A stretch of DNA of 64,000 nucleotides from Octopus bimaculoides (taxonomy: Eukaryota). Numbering within the stretch: position 1 is the first letter of the stretch; each line of letters begins with the position of its first letter. Below the pieces are notes generated by a model. That model was not told the origin of the DNA. It was given only the letters and a program-made list of their open reading frames with translations, and ran no database searches. The translations under genes and the position numbers were made by a program. The stretch covers positions 48,387,558 through 48,451,557 of the forward strand of contig NC_068990.1 in NCBI RefSeq assembly GCF_001194135.2, given 5' to 3'. Positions 1 to 12,930 of the stretch are shown here, one piece after another.

Positions 1-1089
1 ATATATTGCTTTTATTTTGGACTGAACATTTTTTGTACTTTAATGTTCTTGAATAAACTACTCATACAAAAGCTGAGATAACTATACTTTACAGTTGCTA
101 TTTTGAAATGCTTGTGTTCCGATATTTGTGAGTCCATCGAATGAATATTCAACTCTATTAAATGTTGGCCTTCCTAAACATGAAATAATACAATGGTTCC
201 AGCCCTAAATAAATTTAACTTGTACTTTTAAAGATGGTCTTTAGAATAATGCGAAATATTGAACTTCAAATAGAATAAAGTAAAATATAGCTATGAATAA
301 AAGGTGCGTGGATTATGACTTTTGATTGAAGAGATGTGACCTCAAAACAAAATGTTGCAGGGGGCCTCTAAAAGTCATGTGACGGCCCTGGCTTATATGA
401 TAATGATCTGTTAGGATAGAGTAAAAATGCTGTAAGATCAAGATCTAATGTGTTGAATGCACTAAATTTTTTTCTCTCGATTCAATTCCAATCACAAAAC
501 TTTGCACGGTCAGACAGTTTATTCTGACCAGCAAGCTATGGATCATTGATTGTTTTCTGTCAATATATGTTATTGCTTAGTGAAGAACAAAATTCAGTTA
601 TGCTGAAGTATATCCATATGTTAGAATATAATCTTGCTATTCAACATAAAATCTGAGGTAGGAAATATATAGATATGTATGTATATATGGATAGATAGAT
701 AGACAGAAAGATGGATAGATAGTTAAAATACATGCATACATTAGTTAGTGTTTGCAAGTAGCAAACCATATGTATTGGAGAGTAAATATTTATTGTAAAT
801 TTCACTACAATAACATTACTTTAAATTTAATGCCAAGTAAAAAGCAATATTCAGATGTAAAATAAGTCAAATATACCAGCTATTTCTTTATAGAGTAATT
901 TTTTTTTGCTTCTTTGTTTGTTTTTGTCGGGGGGGGGGGGCTTGGCACAAAAATTAATGTAAAGTTTAATAGGCAAGTATAAAATCACACACACACACAT
1001 ATAATGTATGAGTCTATGTATGTGTTTGATGTCTTGATATCACGTGATGCTTCTAAGTGAGTGCCACCATCATACAAGTGATGCTGTTC

Positions 1090-3585
1090 ATTTTCGGTCA
1101 TCATGATCATCATCGTTTAACATCCGTTTTCCATGCTAGCATGGATTGGACAGTTCAACCAGGTTCTGGGAAGCCAGGAGGCTGCACCAGGCTCCAGTCT
1201 GATCTGGCAGTGTTTCTACAGCTGGATGCCCTTACTGATGCCAACCACTCCTTGAGTGTAGTGGGTGCTTTTTACATGTCACCGGCACAAGGGCCAGAGG
1301 AGGCTGGCAACAGCCACGATCAGTTGGTGCGTTTTACATGCCACCAACACAGAAGCCAGTCAAGGCAGCACTGGCATCGGCCACGTTCGGATGGTGCTTT
1401 TCACGTGCCACTGGCATGGGTATCACAACTACAATTTCCATTTGATTTTCATTTTGATGTTGATGTACTTGACTCAATAGGTCTCCTCAAGCACAGTAGG
1501 TCACCCTACGATCCAAGGTACATTTGGATGGGCTGGGGCTGGTTATGTGAAACTGGTGTAGGATACAGCCATGAACTCACTTTATTTGCCGGGTCTTCAC
1601 AGTCACAGCATATCTCCAGAGGTCTCGGTCTTTTGTCATTGCCTCTATGAGGCCCAATGTTTGAAGGTCATGATTAACCACCTCATCCCATGTTTTCCTG
1701 GGCCTACCTTTACCCCGGATTCCTTCAACTGTTTGGGAGTGGCACTTCTTCACACAGCTCTCCTCATCAATCCATATTACATGACCATACCAACACAAAC
1801 GTCTCTCTTACATGCCAAATCCGATGCTTCTTATGTCTAACATTTCTCTCAGGGTGCTTACACTCTGTTGTGTGTGCACACTGACATTACACATCCAGTG
1901 GATCATGCTAGCTTCATTTCTTTCGAGCCTACGCATGTCCTCCGCAGTAGGGGTAGAAGCTTTTTAAACTTCGCCTAGGCTATTCTTATTATAGTGGTAA
2001 CACTCTGAGCATCCACCCCAACTACTAACTTGATCACCTAGGTAACGGAAGTTATCTACTTCTAGTTTCTCCCCCTGGAATGTGATGGAATCTGTTTTCT
2101 GAGGTGTTTTCTGTTTTCTGAGTGTTTATTGTCCCTGTGCATTTACCACACACAAAAACTATCTTCACAGTTAATCTTCCTTTGATGTTGCTGCACCTCT
2201 TATGTGTCCATAGCTTACACTGGGTCAATCTTATGGAGTTTCTGCCTACACCTTTTCTACAGATCGAGCAGGGCCACCTATCTGAGTGGGTGTGTGATAT
2301 GTTCGCCTTCCTACTTACTAGAACTTTGGTCTTTGCTACATTGATTCTAAACCTTGCTTCCACACCAAAAATTTCTTTTCTAGTTCTGGTAGTGATTCTG
2401 CTATGAGGGTCAGGTCATCAGCATAGCAGAGCTCCCAGGTGCAACCTGTCTTGAATTCCTCTGTTATTGCCTGGAGGACTATGATGAATAAAAGGGGACT
2501 GAGGGCTGAACCTTGGTGGACCCCTACTTCTACCTGGAATTCTTCACTATACTCATTGCCAATCCTAACCTTACTAACGGCCTCTGTATAGGGCCTGTAC
2601 AGCCCTTATTAACCATTCATCAATCCCCAGTTTCTGCATTGCCCACCAGATAAGAGATCGGGGGGGCCCTCTCAAAGGATTTCTCCAAGTCCACAAAAGC
2701 TAAGCATAGGGGTTTATCTTTAGCTAGGTATTTCTCCTGCAATTGTCGAACCAGGAATATAGCATCAGTAGTGCTTCTGCCCAACACAGACCGAACTGCA
2801 TTTCATCTAAGCAGACTCTCTCCCTAATGAGATGGGCTATGACCCTTTCCGTGACCTTCATCACCTGATCCAGCAGTTTGATACCCCTGTAGTTATTTCT
2901 ATCTAGAGCATCACCTTTACCCTTGTAGCAGTTGACTATGGTGCTGCTACGCCAGTCATTGGGTATAACTCACTCATGAACTACATGGTTTACAATGCGG
3001 GTGATGAGGTCATAGCCCACACCACCAGATGTTTTAAGCATCTCAGCAGTGATTCCTGATGGGCCGGGGGCTTTTCCTGGCTTCATACCCTTAATTGCTT
3101 TATCTACCAGGGAACTATCTATTCGGCTAGCTGGTCCTTCTACTGGGTCAACATTTGGCAGTCTCTCCTCCTCACATTTATTCTCTACGTTCAGCAATCT
3201 TTCATAAGGCTTCTCCAAGCATCTTTCTTTTCCAAATCATTAAAAGCAAGTGCACCATCATCCATGCGGACACATTTCTCTCCTGTGATATCACAATGTT
3301 CTCTCACACAGTTTTGCAATCCGAAATACCTCAGTTCTTTGGTCCTCACGTCGCTGGACATTGGCAAACTTCTTCTTTTCTGCTTCATACTTGGCTATGT
3401 ATACCTGCCACCCAACCTCCCTTTTAGCTACCTGGTACAGTTCCCTGCTACCCCTACCCTTCCAGGTTTTCCAGGCCTGTTTCTTTGCTCTAATGGCTTT
3501 GTCTACCATACTATTCCACCACCACATAACTCTAGGTCTGGAAGGGACTTTGCACCATCCGTAGACTTGGTCTGTGGCACTCCTT
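1090..3585 (-). mobile_element. RTE-clade LINE, 5'-truncated and decayed (linker, RT, C-terminus, 3' UTR and tail)
   Basis: Minus-strand translation gives AFVDLEKSF, VGVHQGSALSPLLF and YADD (2414-2425), then the C-terminal WYGHV...GRPRKTW...DRDLWR (ORF 1577-1798). The 3' end reads ...ccatgctagcatggaaaacggatgttaaacgatgatga. There are multiple frameshifts and stops. Confidence 0.93.
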
Positions 3586-3739
3586 CCATGAAAATCATGT
3601 CTAGCTATGGTGGGAGATATTACCTTGCTTTGAAACAAGATAAGGAAGAGAATTCAACGGCAAAAGACCTGCCTCGATGAAATAACAATAAAACAACTGA
3701 ATAGTAATAATAATGAAGGCCAGCACCGTTAAAACTGAT

Positions 3740-4657
3740 AATTTTGTTAAAAAAGAAAAGCTTAAAGAGGAAAATAACACAAAAAAAAAAAAAGAAACAG
3801 TATGGAAGGAGAAAAAAATGTACAGTCAGTTTGCAAGAGATGTGAACACCAAGACAGATACAGAAGACTGGAGGTCATAGATGAGGAGGAATGACCTGAA
3901 GATAGAGACAAAAGCACTTACATGTGCAGCTCAAGAAGAAGCATTGAGGACTAACTATGTGAAGTGCAGAATCAACAACACTGCTGAGAGCAACAAATGC
4001 AGAATGTGTAGTGAGAGGGGTGAAATGGTACAGCACATCATTAGCGAATGCCAAAATTGGCACAACACAAATACAAAAGATGACATGACAATGTGGCAAA
4101 AATGATCCATTAGGAGCTCTGTGGAAATCACAGTCTACAAAAAGCAAAGACGTGGTATGAGCAAACCCCAGAAGGAGTCACTAAGAATGAAAATTGCAAA
4201 ATCTTGTGGGATGCAAGGATTCAGTACAATTACCTGACCAGACATCAGAAACCAGACATTGTTATGGTGAAAAAAAAGAAAGAACATGCATGATAATTGA
4301 CATAGCATGTCCTGTAACAACAGGATCAAAGAGAAATAAAAACTGAACAACTATAGTGATTTGAAGAGGGAAATACAAAGGTTGTGGTCAATGAGGAGAG
4401 TAGACATGATACCAATAGTAATTGATGCACTTGGAAGTATCAGCACTCAACTACCAAAATGGCTCAAAAAGATTGGTGCAAATGTAAAGGTAGAACACCT
4501 ACAAAAATCAGCATTGCTTGGAACTGCAAGAATTTTTCACAGGGTTCTCGAAGCATGACCAGTAAACAAGTGTCACCTTAGTCTGCTGGCTTGGACAGCT
4601 GACTCCATCATATCCAGCAAAATAAGCTGAGAGTCTTCATCAAATAATAATAATAAC
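3740..4657 (+). mobile_element. R4/Dong-type non-LTR retrotransposon 3' fragment (CCHC knuckle + restriction-like endonuclease), copy a
   Basis: Translates to WKEKKMY.QFARDV, LKIETKAL..AAQEEALRTNY, CRMC...E.VQHIISEC (3998-4051), KPDIV (4249-4263) and IPIVI.ALG...LQKSALLGTARI, with stop at 4556-4558. A short 3' UTR ends in (TAA)n at about 4644-4656. Confidence 0.85.
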
Positions 4658-4660
4658 AAC

Positions 4661-4854
4661 TGGAAGAACATGGAAACAGTATGGCTGGAGGAACACAGAA
4701 ACGGTATGATTGGAAGAACACAGAAATGATATGATTGAAATAACCAGAAATGGTATCAATGGAAAAACATGGAAATGTTATGACTGGAGGAACACGAAAA
4801 TGGTACAATGTGTGTGAGAAGTACGATTTTGGAAGAGCATGGAAATGGTATAAA
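4661..4854 (+). repeat. Degenerate ~25-bp tandem array (6 adjacent units plus a 7th copy inside the downstream R4 ORF)
   Basis: Units start at 4661, 4686, 4711, 4736, 4760, 4785 and 4830. Consensus is approximately TGGARGAACAYRGAAAYGGTATGAY. Confidence 0.8.
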
Positions 4855-5420
4855 CATGAACCAGAAGGTGTCACTAAGAATAATGAATATAAGATCTTGT
4901 GGGATTTTACCAAGCAATTTGACTTTCTAATAGATGCCCGAAGACCAAATGCTGTAGTAGATAAAAGGAAACTGAGATTATCGATATTGCTATACTTGAG
5001 GGTGCACATGTTGGCGACAAAAGGCTGGAAAAGGTGGAAAATACAAGTTACTAAAAGGCAAAATTGTAAGAATGTGGACAATGGAGAGAGTAACTGTCAT
5101 ACCAATAGTCATAGGGGCACTTGGAGAATTAACAACCAAGTTCAAAAAGTATATCCGAGAAACTGGAATTGACATGGAGGTAGAGCATGCTCAAAAAGCT
5201 GCTCTATTGGGAACAGCGAAGGTTTTAACATTGGTACTTGGATATTAAGTATCTTCCATGATATTTAACATCTAAGTACCAAGTCCTAATAATTTGTGGG
5301 AAGAGATCCTGAGAAACCCATTAAGACTTTTGACAACAAGTTGTTGTCTGCTCTCACAGAATTAACTGGAGCAAGTAAGATTGAGAGCTCTGAGAAGTAA
5401 AAAATAATGATTATAATAAT
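4810..5420 (+). mobile_element. Second, diverged R4/Dong-type RLE-domain fragment, copy b
   Basis: Translates to WKWYKHEPEGV..NNEYKILWDF, RRPN, IIDIA and VIPIVIGALG...AQKAALLGTAKVL, with frameshifts. It is followed by a 3' UTR and an AAT-rich tail near 5403-5420. Confidence 0.8.
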
Positions 5421-5770
5421 TTCAAATTTTAACACAAAGTCAGCAATTTCACGGAAAAAAACTAAGTCAATTACATCAACCCCAGTGATCAACTGGTACT
5501 TATTTTATCGACCCCTAAAGAAAGGGTGAAAGGTAAAGCCAACCTGATGGAATTTGAACTCAGAATGTAAAGATAGATGAAATGCTGCTAAGCATTTTGC
5601 TTGGTGTGCTAACGATTCTGCCAGCTTGCTGCCATTAGATAATTCTAAATTTTGCACAAGATCAGCAATTTCAGCAAGAGGAGGCAAGCCAATTACATCA
5701 GTTTTGGTACTTGGCTCTTACTTTATTTCATTGACTTTAAAAGGATGAAAGGCAAAGTTGACTCGAGCAA
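5420..5770 (-). mobile_element. tRNA-derived SINE family A, one near-full copy plus a partial copy
   Basis: Reverse complement of the family core (ggcagcaagctggcagaatcgttagc...ctgagttcaaattcc...tttcaccctt...gataaaataagtaccag), which recurs many times in the window. Confidence 0.8.
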
Positions 5771-5919
5771 GATTTTTAGATAACAATAGTAATAATAATT
5801 AATGCTGGTGCAAAGATAAAATGTACCCAGTACACTCTGTAAAGAGGTTGGTGTTAGAAACAACATCCAGGGATAGAAGCCATGCCAAAAATGGAATCTA
5901 CAGGTGAAACATGATCTTA

Positions 5920-6450
5920 TGAATTTCATTGTTGTGGGGTCAGTAAAATAAAGTACCAGTTAAGTGTTGGGATCAATATAATCAACTATCTTTTCCTTCA
6001 AAATTGCTGGCCTTTACCTACATTGGAAATAATTATTATGAGATGGCAGAAACAATAGAGCACCAACAAAATGCCATGTAGTATTTAATTATATCTTTTC
6101 ATGTTCAAATATTATCCATACTATCCTCAATGCAGAGTTAATGTAAAAAAAAAAAGCACCAGTCAAAAACTGGAGTTGATATAATCAATTGCACCTGTTC
6201 ACCAAATATGCAAACTTGTGTTTGGCAGAATTATCAGAATATCAAACAGGTTGCTTTGGGGTATTTCTTCCTGACTCTTTATCCTCTGGGTTCAAATCCC
6301 AGTAAAGACAACATGGTCTTTCCTTCTTGAGATCAATAAAATAGAATATCAGACAAGTACTGGGGTCAATTTATCAAACAAACTCTCTCACCCAATATTT
6401 CAGGCATTGTGTCTAAATTGGAAATCATTATCATCATCATTATTATTATT
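5920..6450 (+). mobile_element. Cluster of decayed SINE-A fragments
   Basis: Recurrent motifs ggggtcaataaaataagtaccag, gggttcaaatccc and aaaattgctggcc, separated by ATT-rich tails. Confidence 0.65.
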
Positions 6451-7094
6451 ATTACTAGGTTGTTATCCGTCACTATACTGCCAGTAAAAATAGCTGTTGA
6501 TCATGCACATACCTCCATATATTGTTCAAATAATGTTTAGAATGACTTCTCGGTGAAGATTAATAACAGTTTCAATATTGTTGAACAATAACATTCATTT
6601 ATAATACATTTTTTCATATTCTACAGAATAAGTATATTCAATGAAGAATATCTCATAAGATAACTTCATGATAACATTCCTTGTCATAGTTCTTTTTCTA
6701 CCATCTTATCTCTTCTTGGCTATGCTGCCAAATTCTGTTTGGTCTGCATATATGTACTGGTTTCCACAGTCTCCCACACTGCTGTTAGCAACAAAATTGT
6801 CTGTGTATGAACACTGGATCAGGTCAATACAGTCCACATCTTACTAAACTTTTATTTTTGAAGTCTGTGTTGCATTGTGTTGACAGACCTGCACTTAAAA
6901 TTTCTGAATTTTTAATCAAAACTTGTTAGTTACTATGATGACAGCACTACTTCTCTCTCACTCTCTCTCTCTAACTGTATTTCTCTCTCAACAACAACTT
7001 TTTCTCCTTCCCTTCTTCCCTCCTACTACATATGTTGTGACAGACAGACAGATGGAGATCAGCTTGATTTTTATAATATATAAGATTATCAAGG

Positions 7095-7308
7095 AAGCAA
7101 GGTGACAGAATAGTAAGTATGCTGAGCAGCATTTCTTCCAACTTATTACATTCTGAGTTTAAATTCTGCCATCGTTGACTTTGCTTTTTATCTTTTGGGA
7201 GGAGGGGGGGGTCAATAAAATAAGTACCACTTGAGTACTAGGGTCAATGTAATTGACTAATTCCTCCCCACAGAAAATTTGAGTCCTTGTAGTAGAAAAG
7301 ATTAATAC

Positions 7309-7353
<45 letters not shown>

Positions 7354-7372
7354 CATTATTAATATTATTATT
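7095..7372 (+). mobile_element. SINE-A copy with long (ATT)n tail
   Basis: Core ctgagtttaaattctgcc...gggtcaataaaataagtacc, followed by (ATT)n at 7310-7372. Confidence 0.75.
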
Positions 7373-7909
7373 GAGTGACAGAGCAGTGCTTGCCATCAAA
7401 GTGATACTGGGGTACAGATATGCAAAGCCCGCTATACCCATCACGACTACCCCTCTGATAAGGGTACACCAGCCACATGCATCACAACAATACGTGTGTG
7501 ACATAGTGACCTTATATCAATATAAAAAGCACATGACCTTGTAGGTGAGGCCCAGTTAGAATTTTCTTCAGGTTGAGTAGCCCATCCTGCTGAAAAATGT
7601 CCTGAATGAGGGTTGTTTAAGGATGATGAATGAAACACCCATGTTTCTGGAGGTGAATTATTTAAACCCCACAAAATTCCTCTCAACACATTGCTATGAT
7701 GTTCCCCCACTACTCATGCTTGTGATTAGATATGCACATATTGTCAGCCACTAAGGGACATGCTCAATTGATTTAGGTCAAGCAAGTGACAAGCAAATCT
7801 GTGGTATTAAGCAGAATATTTGATGTAGCCCATCTTTTTATAACAAGACAAAACGTACCTGATAACACTTCCAATCAGTTAAAATCAGAAGCCATGAGAG
7901 CCACTGCCT
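7373..7909 (-). mobile_element. Unclassified ~540-570 bp interspersed element with (AAT)n tail, copy 1
   Basis: Colinear and clearly similar to 21821-22232 and 49587-50155. No recognisable protein in any frame. (ATT)n on both sides. Confidence 0.8.
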
Positions 7910-8122
7910 ATTATTATTCCAAAGCTATTACAAGGTAATTCAGTTAGCAAGAATGTTATCTTGAGGTGTGGTAGCAACAAGTCTCCTCAAATCTCAAGAA
8001 TCCTAAGATTCTTGAAAATTACAGGATGAAACTTTTTGCAGGTCAACAATGCAAGTCTTAATTCCAGTCTTTTTCAGTCTTTTAGGTAGTACTTTGATTA
8101 TTATTATTATTATTATTATTAT

Positions 8123-8810
8123 AAGGTAGTGAGCTGGCAGAATCATTGGCACACCATGTGAAATGCTTAACAGTATTTCATCAGTCTTTACATTCTAAGT
8201 TCAAATTCTGCTGAGGTTGACTTTGCCTTTCATCATTTCAGGGTCAATACTGGGGTCGATGTAATCAACTTGCCCCTCCCCCAAGATTTCGAGCCTTGGG
8301 TCTTTAGTAGAAAGGATTATTATCATTATTATTATGATGATGATGATGATGATTATTATTATGAAGGCAGTGAGCTGGCAGAATCGTTAGCATGCCAGGT
8401 GAAATGTTTAGCGGTGTTTCGTTCATTGTTATGTTCTGAATTCAAATTTTAATGAGGTCGACTTTCCCTTTCATCCTTTCAGAGTCAATAAATTAAGTAC
8501 CAATGGAACACTGGGTTGAAGTAATCGACTAGTCCCCTCCCCTAAAATTTCAGGCCTTGTGCCTATAGTAGAAAGAATTATTATCATTATTAAGGCAGTG
8601 AGCCGGCAGAATCATTAGCACACCGGTGTAATGCTTAGCAGCATATCGTCCAACCTTGCATTCTGAGTTTAAATTCTGCTGAGGTCAACTTTGCCTTTCA
8701 TCCTTTCAGATTGAATAAATAAGTAGCAGTTAAACACTGGGGTCGAGGTAATCAACTCATCCCTTCCCTCAAAATTGCTGCTCTTGTGGCAAAATTTGAA
8801 ACATTATTAT
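8123..8810 (+). mobile_element. Head-to-tail trimer of SINE-A (starts 8123, 8364, 8592)
   Basis: Each copy has an A-box-like TGGCAGAATCR and a B-box-like GTTCAAATT, then the core gaggtcgactttgcctttcatcctttc, and an ATT/GAT tail. Confidence 0.88.
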
Positions 8811-9241
8811 TGAGAACTGCCACAGCAGATCAGTGAAGGTAATTAGATTCTTGGCTCCAAAATAAATTACATACTAATTATTTAAATTAGACAATTCAGG
8901 ATTCAATATAAATATCACATGCAGCTATATCTGATTTGATCTCATATTTCTTGGTAGGTGAGATCTACTGTAACATTTCAGAACATGAGATATGCAGCAC
9001 AAATGACTGGGATGAACAGTTCCTCAGACTGAACAATGAAATAAAAGAACATAAACAATTATGAACAAATTGATCAACTATATTTTCATTCTATATGATA
9101 ATTTTGTGAGAACCAGAATATGAATACTGAATAACAACACTAACTTTCTCTTTGTTTCTCTGTTAATTTTTAAATGATATATGTATTCAGTATAGATACA
9201 ACAGATTTAGTCGCATGACCTTCAGTCAAGAGAGACCTTCA

Positions 9242-9460
9242 TTAATGGGTAATTAAGTCTCCTGGAAGTGGGGAGACAAGTTGTGATATACGTTTCTTCA
9301 CTGACCTTTTAACAAATGTGTGTGAAGCAAAAGGGGTACAACTCAGGTAACTTTTCATTTCTCTGGGAATTTTATATTCTATTTGCTTGTCATCTTTTGA
9401 TACCAATACACCTGAAATATCTCTGGTTCCATTATGCAAATTTACATCTTTTAAAGTAAT
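9242..9460 (-). CDS. Probable terminal coding exon of the unidentified minus-strand gene
   Basis: Acceptor ttttattttAG (9461-9462) opens a phase-0 frame of 72 codons (ITLKDVNLHNGTRDISGVLVSKDDKQIEYKIPREMKSYLSCTPF...PLPGDLITH) ending TAA TGA. The sequence is non-repetitive. Confidence 0.55.
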   Translation of the reverse strand: MTLKDVNLHNGTRDISGVLVSKDDKQIEYKIPREMKSYLSCTPFASHTFVKRSVKKRISQLVSPLPGDLITH

Positions 9461-9729
9461 CTAAAATAAAACCTTCCATGGCAGCTATTTTACTAAATTC
9501 TCCATTATTTTCAAAGTTAAATGAAACAAAGTCAGTGTGTTTTCAATAGAAATAAGTTAACAAATAGATTAAATATTTGGATATGTTTGATTATTATTCC
9601 CTCTGATATTGTGTGTTTAATAACTCTAGAATTTGAACTGTTATGACAGTCAGATGTTACAACTATAACTATCTTCTCAATTGTGAGAGTACAGTAATAT
9701 TTAGTTTTAAATAAAGTTTTAAATGAGAC

Positions 9730-11670
9730 AGAGACTAAGGCAGACAACCAAAAAAAGGCAATGCTTGAATTCGAACAGCGCATAGTAACCAACTCTAACA
9801 GCAAAGTGTTCTGGAAGTATGTACATTCAAAGCAGAGACCTCACTCTCCAGTTGGTCCTCTTCGCAATCCCCACACAGGCCAGATTACGGACAATCCCAA
9901 AGAATGTGAAGAAATTATTGCTGGATGCTATGCAGGCATCTTTACTGTCGAAAATCAAAATGTTCCATTTCCATCACCTCTGACACTGGACTCTATAACT
10001 ACTATGAAATTTACACCAGCAATGCTACAATACCACCTTAAGAATAAATGTAACTATGCCTCTCTTGGTCTCGATGGTGTTACATACCTACTTCTGAAAC
10101 GTGGTGGGTACTTTCTTCTGAACCAGCTTTCACTATTCTTTCAATTCTGTCTTGACGATGGTGTTACTCCAGAGCAGTGGAAAACTGCCAGTGTTATCCC
10201 TCTGTTCAAAAAAGGTCACCGCACATCACCTGTCAACTATTGCCCCGTCAGTCTTACTAGCTGCATCGCCAAACTGATGGAATCTTGTGTCAGAGAAACC
10301 CTCTGGAACTTCTGGAAGTCTCACAGCCTCATCCAGCTGTCACAATTTGGATCTATTCCTAACTCCAGCTGCTGTAATCAACTCATTTAGTTTCTTGAGG
10401 ACATTACCTGAATCACTGATGGTGGCTCCTGGGTGAATGTTGTTTACCTTGACTTTGCTAAGGCTTTTAATTCTGTGCCACACAAAAGACTTATGGTGAA
10501 ACTCTCTGCAATCGGTGTAAGAGATGATTTCTATAACTGGTTGCTGAAGTCCTTCATTATCAGCCAAAAAGAGGTTGTCACAGTTCTAGGACAGCACTCT
10601 TCACTCTATGAGATGACATCTGGTGTACCACAGGGATCTGTTCTTGGGCCCCCTTTTATTTGTTGTATATATTAATGACATAGATGCCAACTTAAAGAAT
10701 GCCACAGTGCTGAAATATTCAGATGACATCAAGCTGTACCTCAAAATAAAAAGGACAGAATCTGTACACTATAGATCTTTATTGCAATCAGACCTGGACA
10801 CGATGCAGCAATGGATCATGGACTGGCAACTCAAGCTGGCTGTGGACAAATGTACCACCATGCATTTTGGGAGGAAAAACCCAGTGTCTACTTACTTTCT
10901 TCTGAACTACAACACTAATCTCAAAAAGTCTTCTTGCGAACGTGAACTGGGCATTATTGTTGACAGTGATTTGCGTTGGATAAACACATTGCTACAATTG
11001 CTAAGAAGGCTGAGGGTGTCTTGGCATCACTTACCAAGTCCTTCGTGAGCCGCTCTCTGGCTATTTATCTGAGGCTTTAGATAGTTATGGTGCGGCCTCA
11101 CCTGGAATTTGCATGTCTGGTCTGGAACCACTATCTTGCCCAGGATATTAATCGTCTGGAAACCTTTCAGCAATGTGCAACCAAGAGAATACCCTCCATC
11201 AGGCATTTGCCATATTCTGAATGCCTTACTTCCCTGGGCATGGATACATTGAAACTATGACGTCTAGCAACTGACGTGGCAGACGCCCATAAAATTATTA
11301 ACCATCTTACTAACAATAACTCTGAGCATCTTTTCAAATTCCACCTGTCTAACACCCGTGGACATGTTTACAAAGTCAGAAAACAGCACAGCTCCCATGA
11401 CTTTCGGAAACACATTTTCACACTAAGAGTTGCTAAAGTATGGAACAAACTGCTGGCATCAGTTGTTAGTTGTCGGAGCACTGCATCCTTCAAAACTTCC
11501 TGAGATTCGCCAACACTACACCTGATTTTCTCCCCTTCATACACACGCAAGCATGTATCTGACTCATGCACTGTTCACTTTCCAAACATTTGTACAATAC
11601 TGCATATGCTTTATATGCACTTTTGACAAGTTGTAGTGCACCTGAGCACTATATACAATAATTTCATTAT
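9730..11670 (+). mobile_element. CR1-clade LINE, 5'-truncated and decayed (RT + C-terminus + 3' UTR)
   Basis: Translates to KVFWKYV, WKTASVIPLFKKG, NYCPVSLTS, YLDFAKAFNSVPH, GVPQGSVLGP, KYSDD (YSDD 10716-10727) and RGHVYKV...FTLRVAKVWN. It contains stops and frameshifts. Confidence 0.92.
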
Positions 11671-12381
11671 TAAATTAAACTTTTCAACAAATAAATCATT
11701 TCAGCTAATTATGTTTGGATGATTATAAATTCATAGCTTTAAGTAATCAACTGTTGTACCATTATATTCATATAATATACTGGTCTGTCTTATGCAACAT
11801 TGTGTTTTACATACATACATACATGCATATGTATGCACACACACACACACACACACACATTCATACATGCATATTTAGAGTTGTATTTTATAACAATGGG
11901 ACTGTTTACCAAATTAAAATTTCTAATGTGACTTTAAATGTAAACCCAAAAGATATTTCAGACCTAAATTCTCTATTAAGAAAAACATACAGTATTTGTG
12001 TTTAAAATAAAGTGAAAAGTTTGATCTTTTATTTATTCATTTTTTAAAAGAAAAATCAAAAGATCAAAAATTGAAATAAGGAAAACAAATGTATTAAGCC
12101 TCATGAAATAAATGTCTTAGTGTAGCTTCTCACTCCAAATAAAACATCCTTTCCTTGATATGCTGAAAAAGGAAGTGTAACTAGAATTACTAATTACCAC
12201 TTTACAGGAGAATATATTGTATGTCAGATAAGTGCTATATTGAATTTGTAGCTCTCCTCTAACACTCTCCAGATAATGATATCCTCACATAAATTATAAA
12301 TATCCTATTGAGCGAACACGAAAAATTTATTGATTTATTGTTGTGAAGGATTATTCAGTATGATTTATTTCAGATAAACAC

Positions 12382-12455
12382 TTCAGGCTGTACTATTGGA
12401 TCCAAGTCATAATCACCACGTTGACAAAGAATGAAATAGATCTTTACAGAAGATA
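12382..12455 (-). CDS. Tentative internal exon (phase 1 to 0)
   Basis: Acceptor ttcctatcaattttaAG and open frame SSVKIYFILCQRGDYDLDPIVQPE. The donor GAA|gtgttt is weak, but the phase joins the 9460 exon. Confidence 0.4.
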
Positions 12456-12711
12456 CTTAAAATTGATAGGAAGCAGTTAATAGATATGATAGTGATAGAT
12501 GTTCATTATTTTAGAAATACTGTCATAATTATTAAATTTCTTACTAAATCCTGCTTTAGATAAATACTTAATCCTCCCTTAATTTTCTTTAATAATATTG
12601 GAGATCCACACCTGCACAATTATTAATCTAACATGTTTAATCAGAATATATAAATATTACCTGACAGGTGGGGTAAAGTAACCCTTGACTTCACAGAGAA
12701 ATTAACAATCT

Positions 12712-12930
12712 TACGAGGGTGAGCTGGAAAGTTCCTAGCTTTGGGCAAAAGAAAACACAGGAGGATCAGTTAATTATGATTTTATTCAGCATATTCTCCT
12801 CTCAGATTCACACACTTATTGCAGCAGTCCTGCAGGTTTCTAATCTCTGCAAAAGAATTTGGTAGGTTGGGCCTCCAACCAGGCCTTTCATGATACTCTT
12901 AAAGCCAGTTACTTTTTAGAACCCCCTCAT
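12712..12930. mobile_element. Mariner/Tc1-type MITE
   Basis: Imperfect ~30-bp TIRs (ta-cgagggtgagctggaaagttcctagcttt / aaagccagttactttttagaacccctca-ta) with flanking TA. No ORF. Confidence 0.7.

Noticed and set aside
1057-1650. 197-aa plus-strand ORF
   Set aside because: It is antisense to the RTE 3' UTR and has no protein motifs.
8364-8450. tRNA gene
   Set aside because: A/B-box-like motifs belong to SINE heads. No cloverleaf forms and each continues into the SINE core.
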